Source of the DNA: a virus
Virus record (IMG/VR): IMGVR_UViG_3300030104_005963
Direction: 5' to 3' (one strand)
DNA: 64,000 nt
In this document: positions 29,533-37,788 of the stretch, in pieces
Layout: every line of letters begins with the position of its first letter
How positions within the stretch are numbered: position 1 is the stretch's first letter
Notes under the pieces: model-generated
What the model was told of the DNA's origin: nothing
Databases searched by the model: none
The model's input: the letters and a program-made list of their open reading frames with translations, nothing else
Made by a program: the position numbers and the translations under genes

Positions 29533-29694
29533 ATGAATGATCAACGTCACTATCACACCGAAAATGAACGTCGTCAACTTGATGGTGTTGTCACTGATTC
29601 GGATAAAAATGGATGGAACGTATCTAAACTGAATCGAATGAAAACACGAGTGAACAACTTACCTGATGACTCTTTGATCGTTGATGACAACTAA
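29533..29694 (+). CDS. Hypothetical protein
   Basis: 53 aa, GAGG RBS, TATAAT at 29502. Confidence 0.6.
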   Translation: MNDQRHYHTENERRQLDGVVTDSDKNGWNVSKLNRMKTRVNNLPDDSLIVDDN

Positions 29695-29745
29695 AGAAAA
29701 ACTTGTATTCATTTCATCATTCATTTGGTTTCTTCATTGGGGCAC

Positions 29746-30222
29746 ATGTCTAGCATCTACACTTCTGGATACGGTTATTCTAAGAAACTCTGTGAGGATA
29801 TTACCTCTTGGTTTATGAATAAGTTCTATCCACGTCATAAGATTGATGTAGAAATTGTTCATCGTGGATTGAAACGTGATCAGGTTGTAGGTTATTGTGA
29901 CGTGATCGGTCGATCATACCGGCCACGTCACTTCCTAATTGAACTTCAGTCTCATATGTCTGAGGAATTGTATACAAAAACTCTTTTTCATGAACTGACG
30001 CATCTGGGACAGTGGGTAGATGGTTCTCTGCGGTTCCGGCATGGAAAAATGAGATATTGTCAAGAACCGGTCGAAAACTACGATTATGAGGACCAACCAC
30101 ATGAAATTGAAGCACGCAATGAAGAGATAAGACTATATGAGATGTACTTAAATGCCAAACAAGGTAGTCCAGTCGAACAAGTGGCACAGCACGGGTTTCA
30201 AAACCGTCTCTGTGCTGTATAA
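29746..30222 (+). CDS. Zincin-like (SprT-type) metallopeptidase
   Basis: TLFHELTH (HExxH) and downstream PHEIEA third-ligand motif. Confidence 0.7.
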   Translation: MSSIYTSGYGYSKKLCEDITSWFMNKFYPRHKIDVEIVHRGLKRDQVVGYCDVIGRSYRPRHFLIELQSHMSEELYTKTLFHELTHLGQWVDGSLRFRHGKMRYCQEPVENYDYEDQPHEIEARNEEIRLYEMYLNAKQGSPVEQVAQHGFQNRLCAV

Positions 30223-30223
30223 T
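30166..30223 (+). promoter_or_regulatory. Early promoter copy 5
   Basis: AGTCCAGT-N6-AGTGGCAC; TATAAT 30218. Confidence 0.85.
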
Positions 30224-30245
30224 ATCTGTATTGATTCAAGAGGTT

Positions 30246-31649
30246 ATGGCATTTCAACTCCGTAGTTATCAGCAGACCATGCTCGATGCTATGCTGAGTA
30301 ATTCTAAGGGTTATTTGACCTGTGGTACAGGTGCTGGCAAGACTTTTACATTCATCAGTGATTGCCGTCGATTCTTGACACCTGGCAATGTGATTGTTGT
30401 TGTTGCTCCTCAGCATTTGCTGTCTAAACAACTCTTCAATGAGTTTGATTGTCATCTCTCAGATGTAGATTTTGTCTATCGTCAAGTTTCCTCTGATCCT
30501 GAGACTTGGAAGCGTAATCGTAAGAACCTCAAGTTTCGTGTAAAGGTACAACCACAGTCACCAACTACGTTTGTCGATGAGATTGAACAGACCTATTCTG
30601 TTGCACAGAAAGCACAGCAACCGCTGATTCTTTTCTCCACATACAAGAGTCTTCAGCGTGTTGTTTCTGCTAACATCCCTGTGACTGTTGTCTACTTCGA
30701 TGAGGCACATAATGCAGCAAATGTTGATAATTTCCCTCCTGTTGAGTCTATCGTCGAAGTAGCAGATCATTCTTATTTCTTTACTGCTACTCCTTGTTTT
30801 AGTGATTCACCAACTGGCAGAGGTTTCGGTAACACTGCCGTGTATGGTGAGCATATTGCTAATATCAAGTTTGGTGATCTTGTAGAGTATGGATCTATCG
30901 TTGAACCTGTGCTGCATCTTGCTCACAGCAACGCTGAGAAGAGGAATCTTGATGAGATTTCTGCTGACGTTGACACTCTGATGGAGATAGTTAACCACTA
31001 CGAAACAAAGTTTTGCGATACCGGAGCACATAAGATTCTGGTTTCATGTCGCGGCACTGCTAACATTCAGGGCATGCGCCTCGCTATGATTAAGTGGGCA
31101 AATAACAAGGGTTACGATCTTCTGTCTGTTGATAGTGTGAATGGTGGATATATGAATGAGATGCAGATCTCTACTCCTAATGCTAAAGGTAAGTTTCTTG
31201 GTAAACTTAATGAACTGGGCGAGGACTTGACTCAGAAGATGATTGTTCTCCACTACGATATGCTCGGTGAGGGTATCGATGTTAAGGCATTCACAGGTAC
31301 AATTTTCATCCGTAATATCATGTCTAGTATCAAAGCAGTGCAGGCAATGGGTCGTGTGATTCGTTCCTCTCCTGGCAAAAAGTATGGCATTGTAACAGTC
31401 GTTCAACATGGCGATGATAGTGACGATGCATGGCACTGTATGGCAGGAATCGTCAATCAATTGCTCACTCAAGGTGTGCCAGTTAGTGGTATCTTGACTG
31501 ACGTGACTGGTCGCGGTAAGGAAGAAGAAATTGTTGAAGATTTGAATGAAAATCTTCAACAACGTATCTTCGATTATAATATTGAATGGCAGCATTCTTT
31601 TATGATTAAGGAGCTCATGTCTACTGGAAATCCCCTGGACATTTTCTGA
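30246..31649 (+). CDS. SF2 (DEAH, Type ISP/Res-like) helicase B
   Basis: QLRSYQ, TCGTGAGKT, FDEAH, FTATP, LGEGIDV, QAMGRVIR; ATG 30246 with GAGG RBS. Confidence 0.9.
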   Translation: MAFQLRSYQQTMLDAMLSNSKGYLTCGTGAGKTFTFISDCRRFLTPGNVIVVVAPQHLLSKQLFNEFDCHLSDVDFVYRQVSSDPETWKRNRKNLKFRVKVQPQSPTTFVDEIEQTYSVAQKAQQPLILFSTYKSLQRVVSANIPVTVVYFDEAHNAANVDNFPPVESIVEVADHSYFFTATPCFSDSPTGRGFGNTAVYGEHIANIKFGDLVEYGSIVEPVLHLAHSNAEKRNLDEISADVDTLMEIVNHYETKFCDTGAHKILVSCRGTANIQGMRLAMIKWANNKGYDLLSVDSVNGGYMNEMQISTPNAKGKFLGKLNELGEDLTQKMIVLHYDMLGEGIDVKAFTGTIFIRNIMSSIKAVQAMGRVIRSSPGKKYGIVTVVQHGDDSDDAWHCMAGIVNQLLTQGVPVSGILTDVTGRGKEEEIVEDLNENLQQRIFDYNIEWQHSFMIKELMSTGNPLDIF

Positions 31650-31654
31650 CCACT

Positions 31655-31712
31655 GTGCCAATTAACAAGTGTCACACCATCTCCTTTTAGGGGTGGTATA
31701 CTATGCTATAAT
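31655..31712 (+). promoter_or_regulatory. Early promoter copy 6 (5-bp spacer variant)
   Basis: GTGCCAAT-N5-AGTGTCAC; TATAAT 31707. Confidence 0.75.
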
Positions 31713-31735
31713 TACAAAGTAATCAAGGAAAGCAA

Positions 31736-33028
31736 ATGACTGCAGCCCCAGTTGCCACCTATTTCCAAAAACGCGAGGCATTGCGTGAGTATTTCAATCA
31801 AGGTATGAGACCTGTTGATGGCAGGAAACCTATTCCCGAAGATATTGCACAGCAGATGGTGAGGGAACTTATCGATTTTGGTGTTTCGAGGGATGCAAAG
31901 ATTGGTGTCTATGATACTTTTTTGACACTGGTTCTCACACTTCAAGAGAACGGTTTCACTAACATTGTTGTATTGGAGAATAAGCATCATGATTTGACAT
32001 CTTTACAACAAGAGTATTATGATATTATTGAGAAAGCATGTGAGAAGATTGGTGTTACATACTATGTGCCCCCCATGAACAACTACAACAGGTGTGATAT
32101 GAAATTTAATGCAATTCTTGCCAATCCTCCTTATCAATCTTCTAATGGTGGTGGGTCACAACGTGGTTCTACTACTAATCCTCTCTGGTGGCAGATTACT
32201 AAAACAAGTCTCAACCTTCTTAAAAAAGATGGTATTCTAAGTTTCATCACTCCTACCAACATTGTAAACGGTGGTGATTGTTTCACCAAGATTTTCTTGG
32301 GTGGTGATCGTAAGTTTGATTTAAACAAAGTTGACTTCACTGCTGCTGATTCTTTCAAGGTTGGTATTCCTATCTGTCGTTGGGTTGCTAACAACAAACT
32401 CACTCCAGGTAACAATGTAATTGTTACCGATGGTCGCATTCTTGACACGTCTAACACTCTTAAAATCAGTTCAGATGTGATTGTTGATGGCATTATGAAC
32501 ACCATGTTTTCTTATGGTGATACACTCAACTTCAATCAATCCAACTCTGATGATCCGCGTCAAGTAAATAAATTTAATTTCAACACTGAAAAGCGATATG
32601 ACTTTCAAAATGTAGAAAAGCATTTGAAAAAGAATGCTCAACCAGAGGACTGGGCAAAGTTGGTTCTTACTCAGGATGAAACATTCAAGTATCCTGTCAA
32701 CGTAAATGGTAAGATTAAGTATTCTCGCGTAAAGTGGAAGAATACTGGAACCTGGAGAGTTTTCTATCCTCAGTTGCAGAATCCTACTCAGATTACTGTT
32801 GATGATGTTGCTGAAGCAGCACCCTCCACTTTTACCATGGTGGTTGATTCTGAGCAAGAAGGTAACAAGGTTAAGGCAATTCTTGATGACCCTTGCTATC
32901 AGTGGGTGATTGAACAGACCCGAGTTAGTGGTAGAGTAACTGCTGTAATCTCTAAACTTCCTAATGCTCCCATTGAAGAAGTTCTGACCTCTGATCAACT
33001 CTCATATATTCAATCTCAACTCTCCTGA
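31736..33028 (+). CDS. Amino-methyltransferase catalytic/TRD half (NPPY), lacking an intact motif I
   Basis: KFNAILANPPYQ, LKKDGILSFITP, long TRD-like C-terminus; no GxG loop (KIGVYDTFL). Confidence 0.75.
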   Translation: MTAAPVATYFQKREALREYFNQGMRPVDGRKPIPEDIAQQMVRELIDFGVSRDAKIGVYDTFLTLVLTLQENGFTNIVVLENKHHDLTSLQQEYYDIIEKACEKIGVTYYVPPMNNYNRCDMKFNAILANPPYQSSNGGGSQRGSTTNPLWWQITKTSLNLLKKDGILSFITPTNIVNGGDCFTKIFLGGDRKFDLNKVDFTAADSFKVGIPICRWVANNKLTPGNNVIVTDGRILDTSNTLKISSDVIVDGIMNTMFSYGDTLNFNQSNSDDPRQVNKFNFNTEKRYDFQNVEKHLKKNAQPEDWAKLVLTQDETFKYPVNVNGKIKYSRVKWKNTGTWRVFYPQLQNPTQITVDDVAEAAPSTFTMVVDSEQEGNKVKAILDDPCYQWVIEQTRVSGRVTAVISKLPNAPIEEVLTSDQLSYIQSQLS

Positions 33029-33030
33029 TC

Positions 33031-33594
33031 ATGAAACTGCAACACACATTTGGTTTTGATTGCGAAGAGATTGACTCTCTAATCTCTGACAATAAGTTAG
33101 ATTCATTCCTGAAAAAGTTGGTTGCCCTTGGTAAGAAACAAGATCCAGACTTCTATGACCCATTGAAGTTCATGGGAGATGGATTTGAATGGTTTGGTGA
33201 ATACTTCTTCAAATTTTTCAATGGCGACCATACACTCACATATACTGCAAACTATGAACCAAACTTCGATTATGATCGCGGTATTGATGGACGTGGACTC
33301 TCTACACTTGACGGACTGCCTAATGTCATTCAATTCAAATTTAAGGCAGATATTACAAAATATCTGACAAATGAGGATAATATTAGTAATGTTGCAGCAG
33401 ATGCAACTATGAACGAAGGTCTGCAATATAATGGAAAGAATGTTATAATAGTGACATCATGTAAGGGCGTACATCCTAAACATGCTATGGCAAATGCCCA
33501 TTGCATCGATAGAGAAAAAATGGCAAGACGTGTCGATAACAATGTCATTTTTTGGGACAATCTACGCAGCATCGTTAAGGAGCAATATGCCTAA
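33031..33594 (+). CDS. Mrr-like PD-(D/E)xK endonuclease
   Basis: GDGFEWFGE helix, DRGIDG (PD motif), IQFK (QxK). Confidence 0.65.
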   Translation: MKLQHTFGFDCEEIDSLISDNKLDSFLKKLVALGKKQDPDFYDPLKFMGDGFEWFGEYFFKFFNGDHTLTYTANYEPNFDYDRGIDGRGLSTLDGLPNVIQFKFKADITKYLTNEDNISNVAADATMNEGLQYNGKNVIIVTSCKGVHPKHAMANAHCIDREKMARRVDNNVIFWDNLRSIVKEQYA

Positions 33595-34060
33595 AAATAC
33601 ACACAATTCAACAGTAGGATCAGATATTGAAAGATCAGATGAAAGAATCGATCTGACTGGTGAGGTATTCACTCCTATGGAATTGTGTGCTGAGATGGTG
33701 TCTGAACTGCCTCAATCAATGCTGCAAGATGCAAAGAGCACTTTTTTAGATCCCGCAGCGGGGTCAGGGAACTTCCTATTGGCACTCCAGACAGAATTAT
33801 TGAAATATCATGAGTTATCATATATCAATGACAATATGCTCTATGCTGTAGAACTTATGGAGGATAATCATGCAGAACTATGTGAAAGACTGGGAGTATC
33901 GGTCGATCATCCACATTTTGTGTGTGCGGATGCCCTGGAATATGATTATGAGTTCGGTGAACCAGCGGCATTGGAGAATGAATTGGGTAAGATTGATGCA
34001 CCTAAAATATACAATCGACCAACTATAGACAAAAAAAGTCAGGCAGCACCACTGTTCTGA
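33587..34060 (+). CDS. Amino-methyltransferase SAM-binding half (motifs X, I, II, III), no NPPY
   Basis: TGEVFTP, FLDPAAGSGNF, LYAVE, CADAL; ATG 33587 overlaps the nuclease stop by 8 nt. Confidence 0.85.
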   Translation: MPKNTHNSTVGSDIERSDERIDLTGEVFTPMELCAEMVSELPQSMLQDAKSTFLDPAAGSGNFLLALQTELLKYHELSYINDNMLYAVELMEDNHAELCERLGVSVDHPHFVCADALEYDYEFGEPAALENELGKIDAPKIYNRPTIDKKSQAAPLF

Positions 34061-34115
34061 CCAGTTCATGAACTGGCACAGCAGGGGTTCCAAAACCGTC
34101 TGAGGGCTATATAAT
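34058..34115 (+). promoter_or_regulatory. Early promoter copy 7
   Basis: TGACCAGT-TCATGA-ACTGGCAC (contains 16-bp perfect palindrome CCAGTTCATGAACTGG); TATAAT 34110. Confidence 0.85.
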
Positions 34116-34142
34116 GACTATGTAATCAAGGGAGGACCACTG

Positions 34143-34301
34143 ATGACCCAATCGGAAGTTGAGAAGCATCTGGCAGACCCTTACAATCGGATTCGTTATG
34201 CTTATGAATTTTTAGATAGTGAGATTGGTGATTTTGCAAAATGTATGGATAGAATTTATTATTGGTTATCCAAAGACATAGATTGCGAGGTTCACTACTA
34301 A
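34143..34301 (+). CDS. Hypothetical early protein
   Basis: 52 aa, GGAGG RBS. Confidence 0.65.
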   Translation: MTQSEVEKHLADPYNRIRYAYEFLDSEIGDFAKCMDRIYYWLSKDIDCEVHY

Positions 34302-34480
34302 TGAATAACGTAGACAGTATCAATCGTCAAATTCTTGAATTAAATCACCGGAAGAAAAAACTTGAACTTGAAATAAATGGTATTGATTCGACGATTCAGT
34401 TTCTGAGAGAACAAAAGGAATTGCTGGAAGGTGTGAAGGGCACCAATCAAACTACTTACGACGATCTTCTTTCTGACTGA
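34301..34480 (+). CDS. Small coiled-coil protein
   Basis: 59 aa heptad pattern, TAATG overlap. Confidence 0.6.
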   Translation: MNNVDSINRQILELNHRKKKLELEINGIDSTIQFLREQKELLEGVKGTNQTTYDDLLSD

Positions 34481-34481
34481 C

Positions 34482-35396
34482 ATGCTGACTCACATTGAAC
34501 ACATTGAAGACTCCATTCTGACCGGTGATCTTCGTCCACTTGACATTTTTGATGAATGGCATCACCTTTCCGTCAAAATGGACGGTGCTCCTGCTATTGT
34601 CTGGGGCACACATCCTGAGACTGATAAGTTTTTTGTCGGCACCAAGAGTGTATTCAACAAGAAAAAGATCAAAATCAATTATACTCATGATGACATCAAC
34701 AACAATCATGAGGGTAATGTATCTCTGATTCTTCATGCCTGTCTGGCAAATCTGCCTAAGACTGATGGTATTATTCAGGGTGATTTTATTGGGTTTGGTG
34801 GTGATGACACCTACAAACCGAATACAGTAACCTATGTGTTCGATGATATTGTTCAAGAGACAATCATTGTCGCACCACATACCTGGCACGAACCAGATCA
34901 GTGGTACAATGGTGATGGTAATTGTCTGCGTGAGTGTATGCCACTGCCACTGAATCATGGTGAAATGGTGAGCACAGATGAATGTCTGTTTGTGCAACCC
35001 AAGACCTGGAGAATCATGGATGAGGACTTTAGTTCCAGTATTGCCTTTGCACGTCAGATGGCACAAATGGTGGAGTTTGTGGATGAGAAACAGGTGGTGA
35101 AACTGAAACAGGTTCTTAACTCTTTCATCCGTGAGGGTATTGAACTGAATGAGGAAGTGATTGCCTATAGTGCGGACTGTGATGTCAATCTGATTCGGTT
35201 GTGGAAACTGGTTCAATCAATGAAGCATGAGTATCTGTTTGCCTGCCGTAATAACGGACCAAAGGCATATCTGAACAAACGTAGATGCCACGGTGAGGGT
35301 TATGTCGTCTTCCATGATTATGGCACGTTCAAGTTTGTGAAACGTGAGAACTTTAGTCGATTGAACTTCACAATGCAGAAGGCATGGGACAGTTGA
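34482..35396 (+). CDS. ATP-dependent ligase-like nucleotidyltransferase (KxDG)
   Basis: SVKMDGAPAIVWG (motif I), IIQGD (III-like), GEGYV (IV), KFVKR (V-like). Confidence 0.6.
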   Translation: MLTHIEHIEDSILTGDLRPLDIFDEWHHLSVKMDGAPAIVWGTHPETDKFFVGTKSVFNKKKIKINYTHDDINNNHEGNVSLILHACLANLPKTDGIIQGDFIGFGGDDTYKPNTVTYVFDDIVQETIIVAPHTWHEPDQWYNGDGNCLRECMPLPLNHGEMVSTDECLFVQPKTWRIMDEDFSSSIAFARQMAQMVEFVDEKQVVKLKQVLNSFIREGIELNEEVIAYSADCDVNLIRLWKLVQSMKHEYLFACRNNGPKAYLNKRRCHGEGYVVFHDYGTFKFVKRENFSRLNFTMQKAWDS

Positions 35397-35458
35397 GGTG
35401 ATGGCACAGGGTGAGATGACTCTGCCTCGGTGTCTTTTATATGAGCAAAGACACCGAG
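35386..35458 (+). promoter_or_regulatory. Degenerate early-promoter copy 8 with 12-bp perfect inverted repeat
   Basis: GGGACAGT-N6-GATGGCAC; CTCGGTGTCTTT-9nt-AAAGACACCGAG 35426-35458. Confidence 0.65.
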
Positions 35459-35474
35459 TATTGTAGAGAAAAAT

Positions 35475-36194
35475 ATGAATTATAAAAAATGTGAAAAACC
35501 ATTTGATCATTGGGTTATAGATAATTTTTTTAAGAAAAAGGATGCGGACATTCTTTCTGATCAATTTTTAGAATTTGATGATGATCGGTGGTTTACTTAT
35601 AGCAATTCAATTGAAAATAAAAAAACACTTCAAAATTGGGGTTCTTTCCCTCCAAAAATATATCAAACTTTACAAGGTTTTTGTTCTCAAAAATTTATCA
35701 GTCGTATTAAAATTATTACAAACATTGATAAATTATACCCAGACTATGGTCTTCATGGTGGAGGACTTCATATACATGGGAGAGGTGGAAATTTAAACAT
35801 CCATAAAGATTATTCAATTCATCCAAAGTTAAAACTTCAAAGAAAACTCAATTTGATTATATACTTATCTAAAAATTGGGATGTTTCTTGGGGAGGTGGA
35901 CTTGAATTGTGGTCTCATGATCATAAAAATAATAAACCAAAAGAACTTGTAAAAACAATAGAACCAAAATTTAATAGGGCAATATTATTTGATACCACTC
36001 AAAATTCTTGGCATGGACTTCCTCAACCACTTACATGTCCTAAAGATGTATATCGAAAAAGTATTGCCGTTTATTATTTGACTAATGTTGATGACAATAC
36101 CGAGGAAAGATATAGAGCACTGTTTGTTCCGACAAAAAAACAAAGTAACAATAAGGATATTCTCAAATTAATTGAAAGTAGATCTAAATTATGA
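35475..36194 (+). CDS. 2OG-Fe(II) oxygenase (prolyl-4-hydroxylase-like), AT-rich
   Basis: LNIHKD (HxD), WGGGLELW, SWHGL, YRKSIA. Confidence 0.9.
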   Translation: MNYKKCEKPFDHWVIDNFFKKKDADILSDQFLEFDDDRWFTYSNSIENKKTLQNWGSFPPKIYQTLQGFCSQKFISRIKIITNIDKLYPDYGLHGGGLHIHGRGGNLNIHKDYSIHPKLKLQRKLNLIIYLSKNWDVSWGGGLELWSHDHKNNKPKELVKTIEPKFNRAILFDTTQNSWHGLPQPLTCPKDVYRKSIAVYYLTNVDDNTEERYRALFVPTKKQSNNKDILKLIESRSKL

Positions 36195-36230
36195 AAATAG
36201 CAATCATATGGGTTACTTAGTTGGTTGGTT

Positions 36231-36288
36231 GTGTCAGTAGATAAAGTGTCCACCCTGCTCCTGACTCTGGGTCATTCTGCCCTATAAT
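36231..36288 (+). promoter_or_regulatory. Early promoter copy 9
   Basis: GTGTCAGT-N6-AGTGTCCA; TATAAT 36283; leader agaggtaaacaagggaggga. Confidence 0.85.
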
Positions 36289-36312
36289 ACAGAGGTAAAC
36301 AAGGGAGGGACC

Positions 36313-36552
36313 ATGACCGACTTCATCTGTGCCTACTTTGGTTCTGACTGGACGATCACGGCACGGGGGTTCTCCAGTGCCCGTCAGGCGGAGAAGCACG
36401 GGCTCTACATGATGCCGACTGCCGGTGTCTTCGGGTTTGCCGTGATTCAGGAATCTGAGAACGGATGGGAGGTCTGTGATGACCGCAGCATCCTGTCACC
36501 AGTCAATAAAGTGACTCAAACTGATCTTAACACCTTCGACGTTTCTGTCTGA
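36313..36552 (+). CDS. Hypothetical early protein
   Basis: 79 aa, GGAGG RBS. Confidence 0.7.
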   Translation: MTDFICAYFGSDWTITARGFSSARQAEKHGLYMMPTAGVFGFAVIQESENGWEVCDDRSILSPVNKVTQTDLNTFDVSV

Positions 36553-36752
36553 TGAACATTTTTCCGATTGATGACCAACTGATTACAATCATCGACCGAT
36601 TGAACAATGCAATCAATGTTTGTTATGGTGCTCCCGACAATGATGACCAGGGTTATCCTTATGCGACAGGATATGCACAATCTGCAATGATTGAAGTCGC
36701 AGAAAGTTTAGACCTTATTGTCGCACAAATGAGGGAGGAGAAGGACAGTTAA
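36552..36752 (+). CDS. Hypothetical protein
   Basis: 66 aa, TGATG overlap. Confidence 0.65.
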   Translation: MNIFPIDDQLITIIDRLNNAINVCYGAPDNDDQGYPYATGYAQSAMIEVAESLDLIVAQMREEKDS

Positions 36753-36799
36753 GAAGGTGGCACACACCACCTTCACAGGGCACCCGGATGCCCTATAAT
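36742..36799 (+). promoter_or_regulatory. Early promoter copy 10
   Basis: AGGACAGT-N6-GGTGGCAC; TATAAT 36794. Confidence 0.85.
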
Positions 36800-36825
36800 A
36801 AGAACATCGACAAGGGACACACCCC

Positions 36826-37092
36826 ATGCAACTGACCAACTCTGCCACAATCGTTGATTTCTTCCCTGAGGCATTTATTGCCGAGGCAGATGAGAAGAAA
36901 GGAATGAAGGTTGTGATCAAACGTTTCCACAAAAGAGTCACATTCCGTGCCAATGGTATGAAGTCCTACAGCACGGTTACGATGACCGATGCAAAAAATG
37001 AGTGGATGTCACGTATTGCCAAAGGTGCAGAAGTGACCAACTATAATACCGAAAAAATGCCTGCCGGTGAGTATCAACCTTTGTACTGCTGA
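36826..37092 (+). CDS. Hypothetical early protein
   Basis: 88 aa. Confidence 0.7.
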   Translation: MQLTNSATIVDFFPEAFIAEADEKKGMKVVIKRFHKRVTFRANGMKSYSTVTMTDAKNEWMSRIAKGAEVTNYNTEKMPAGEYQPLYC

Positions 37093-37349
37093 TGTTTTCT
37101 GATACTAATCGTCAACTTCGCAAACTTTCCATCTACAAACCAATGAACTTTCGTATTGTTGAGATTGATTTTGACTTTGATGATTCATGTGCCGATGAGA
37201 ACATTACCGATGAGTATAGGAATGATATAATTGATGAGGTACTTGCGACGACATGGGAGGCGTCTGATGGTGATGATTTAGTGGAGGAGATTACCACCGC
37301 CACCGGATGGTGTGTTAATTCGATTGATTATTGCCATGTTCTTTCTTAA
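37092..37349 (+). CDS. Hypothetical acidic protein
   Basis: 85 aa, TGATG overlap. Confidence 0.65.
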   Translation: MFSDTNRQLRKLSIYKPMNFRIVEIDFDFDDSCADENITDEYRNDIIDEVLATTWEASDGDDLVEEITTATGWCVNSIDYCHVLS

Positions 37350-37388
37350 TTTGTGATATAATTAGAAGTAAGAGTATTCATCAAACTC

Positions 37389-37553
37389 ATGATCAAAACT
37401 TACAAAATCGAAGAAGAAGGAACCAATGGATGGGCACTTGTAGATGAAAGTTATCAGGGACTTACAAAAGAAAGGTGTTCTGAACTATTAGAAAATCTTC
37501 TGTCCAAAGGTGTCAATCCTAATTATCTTCGTGTGGTAAGAGATGATGTATAG
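37389..37553 (+). CDS. Hypothetical protein
   Basis: 54 aa, TATAAT upstream near 37356. Confidence 0.6.
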   Translation: MIKTYKIEEEGTNGWALVDESYQGLTKERCSELLENLLSKGVNPNYLRVVRDDV

Positions 37554-37788
37554 TCCACAGGTTGATGACTATGTGAAATGGACTACCACACTTGGTAATG
37601 TTCATGAAGGATGGGTTTATTTTGCCGATAGGGAGTATATTACGATTGAACTATCTGTCAAAGATAAGAGTGAACAATCATATAAAGATTCACCAATACA
37701 TCGAAAGATTCATTCATTACTTCTCTGTCAGCACTATTATTGGGATCAGTTAGAGTATGTCAAACATCGAAGAAAAGAAGATGCTTAA
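37543..37788 (+). CDS. Hypothetical protein
   Basis: 81 aa. Confidence 0.65.
   Translation: MMYSPQVDDYVKWTTTLGNVHEGWVYFADREYITIELSVKDKSEQSYKDSPIHRKIHSLLLCQHYYWDQLEYVKHRRKEDA

Noticed and set aside
33482-33586. N-terminal extension of the MTase half in the track
   Set aside because: Overlaps the nuclease gene by more than 100 nt; ATG 33587 with an upstream AAGGAG RBS is the better start.
31736-34060. Split methyltransferase as a frameshifted pseudogene
   Set aside because: The halves are in reversed order with an intact gene between them, each has its own start and stop, so a simple frameshift cannot explain it. Loss of function is not excluded.
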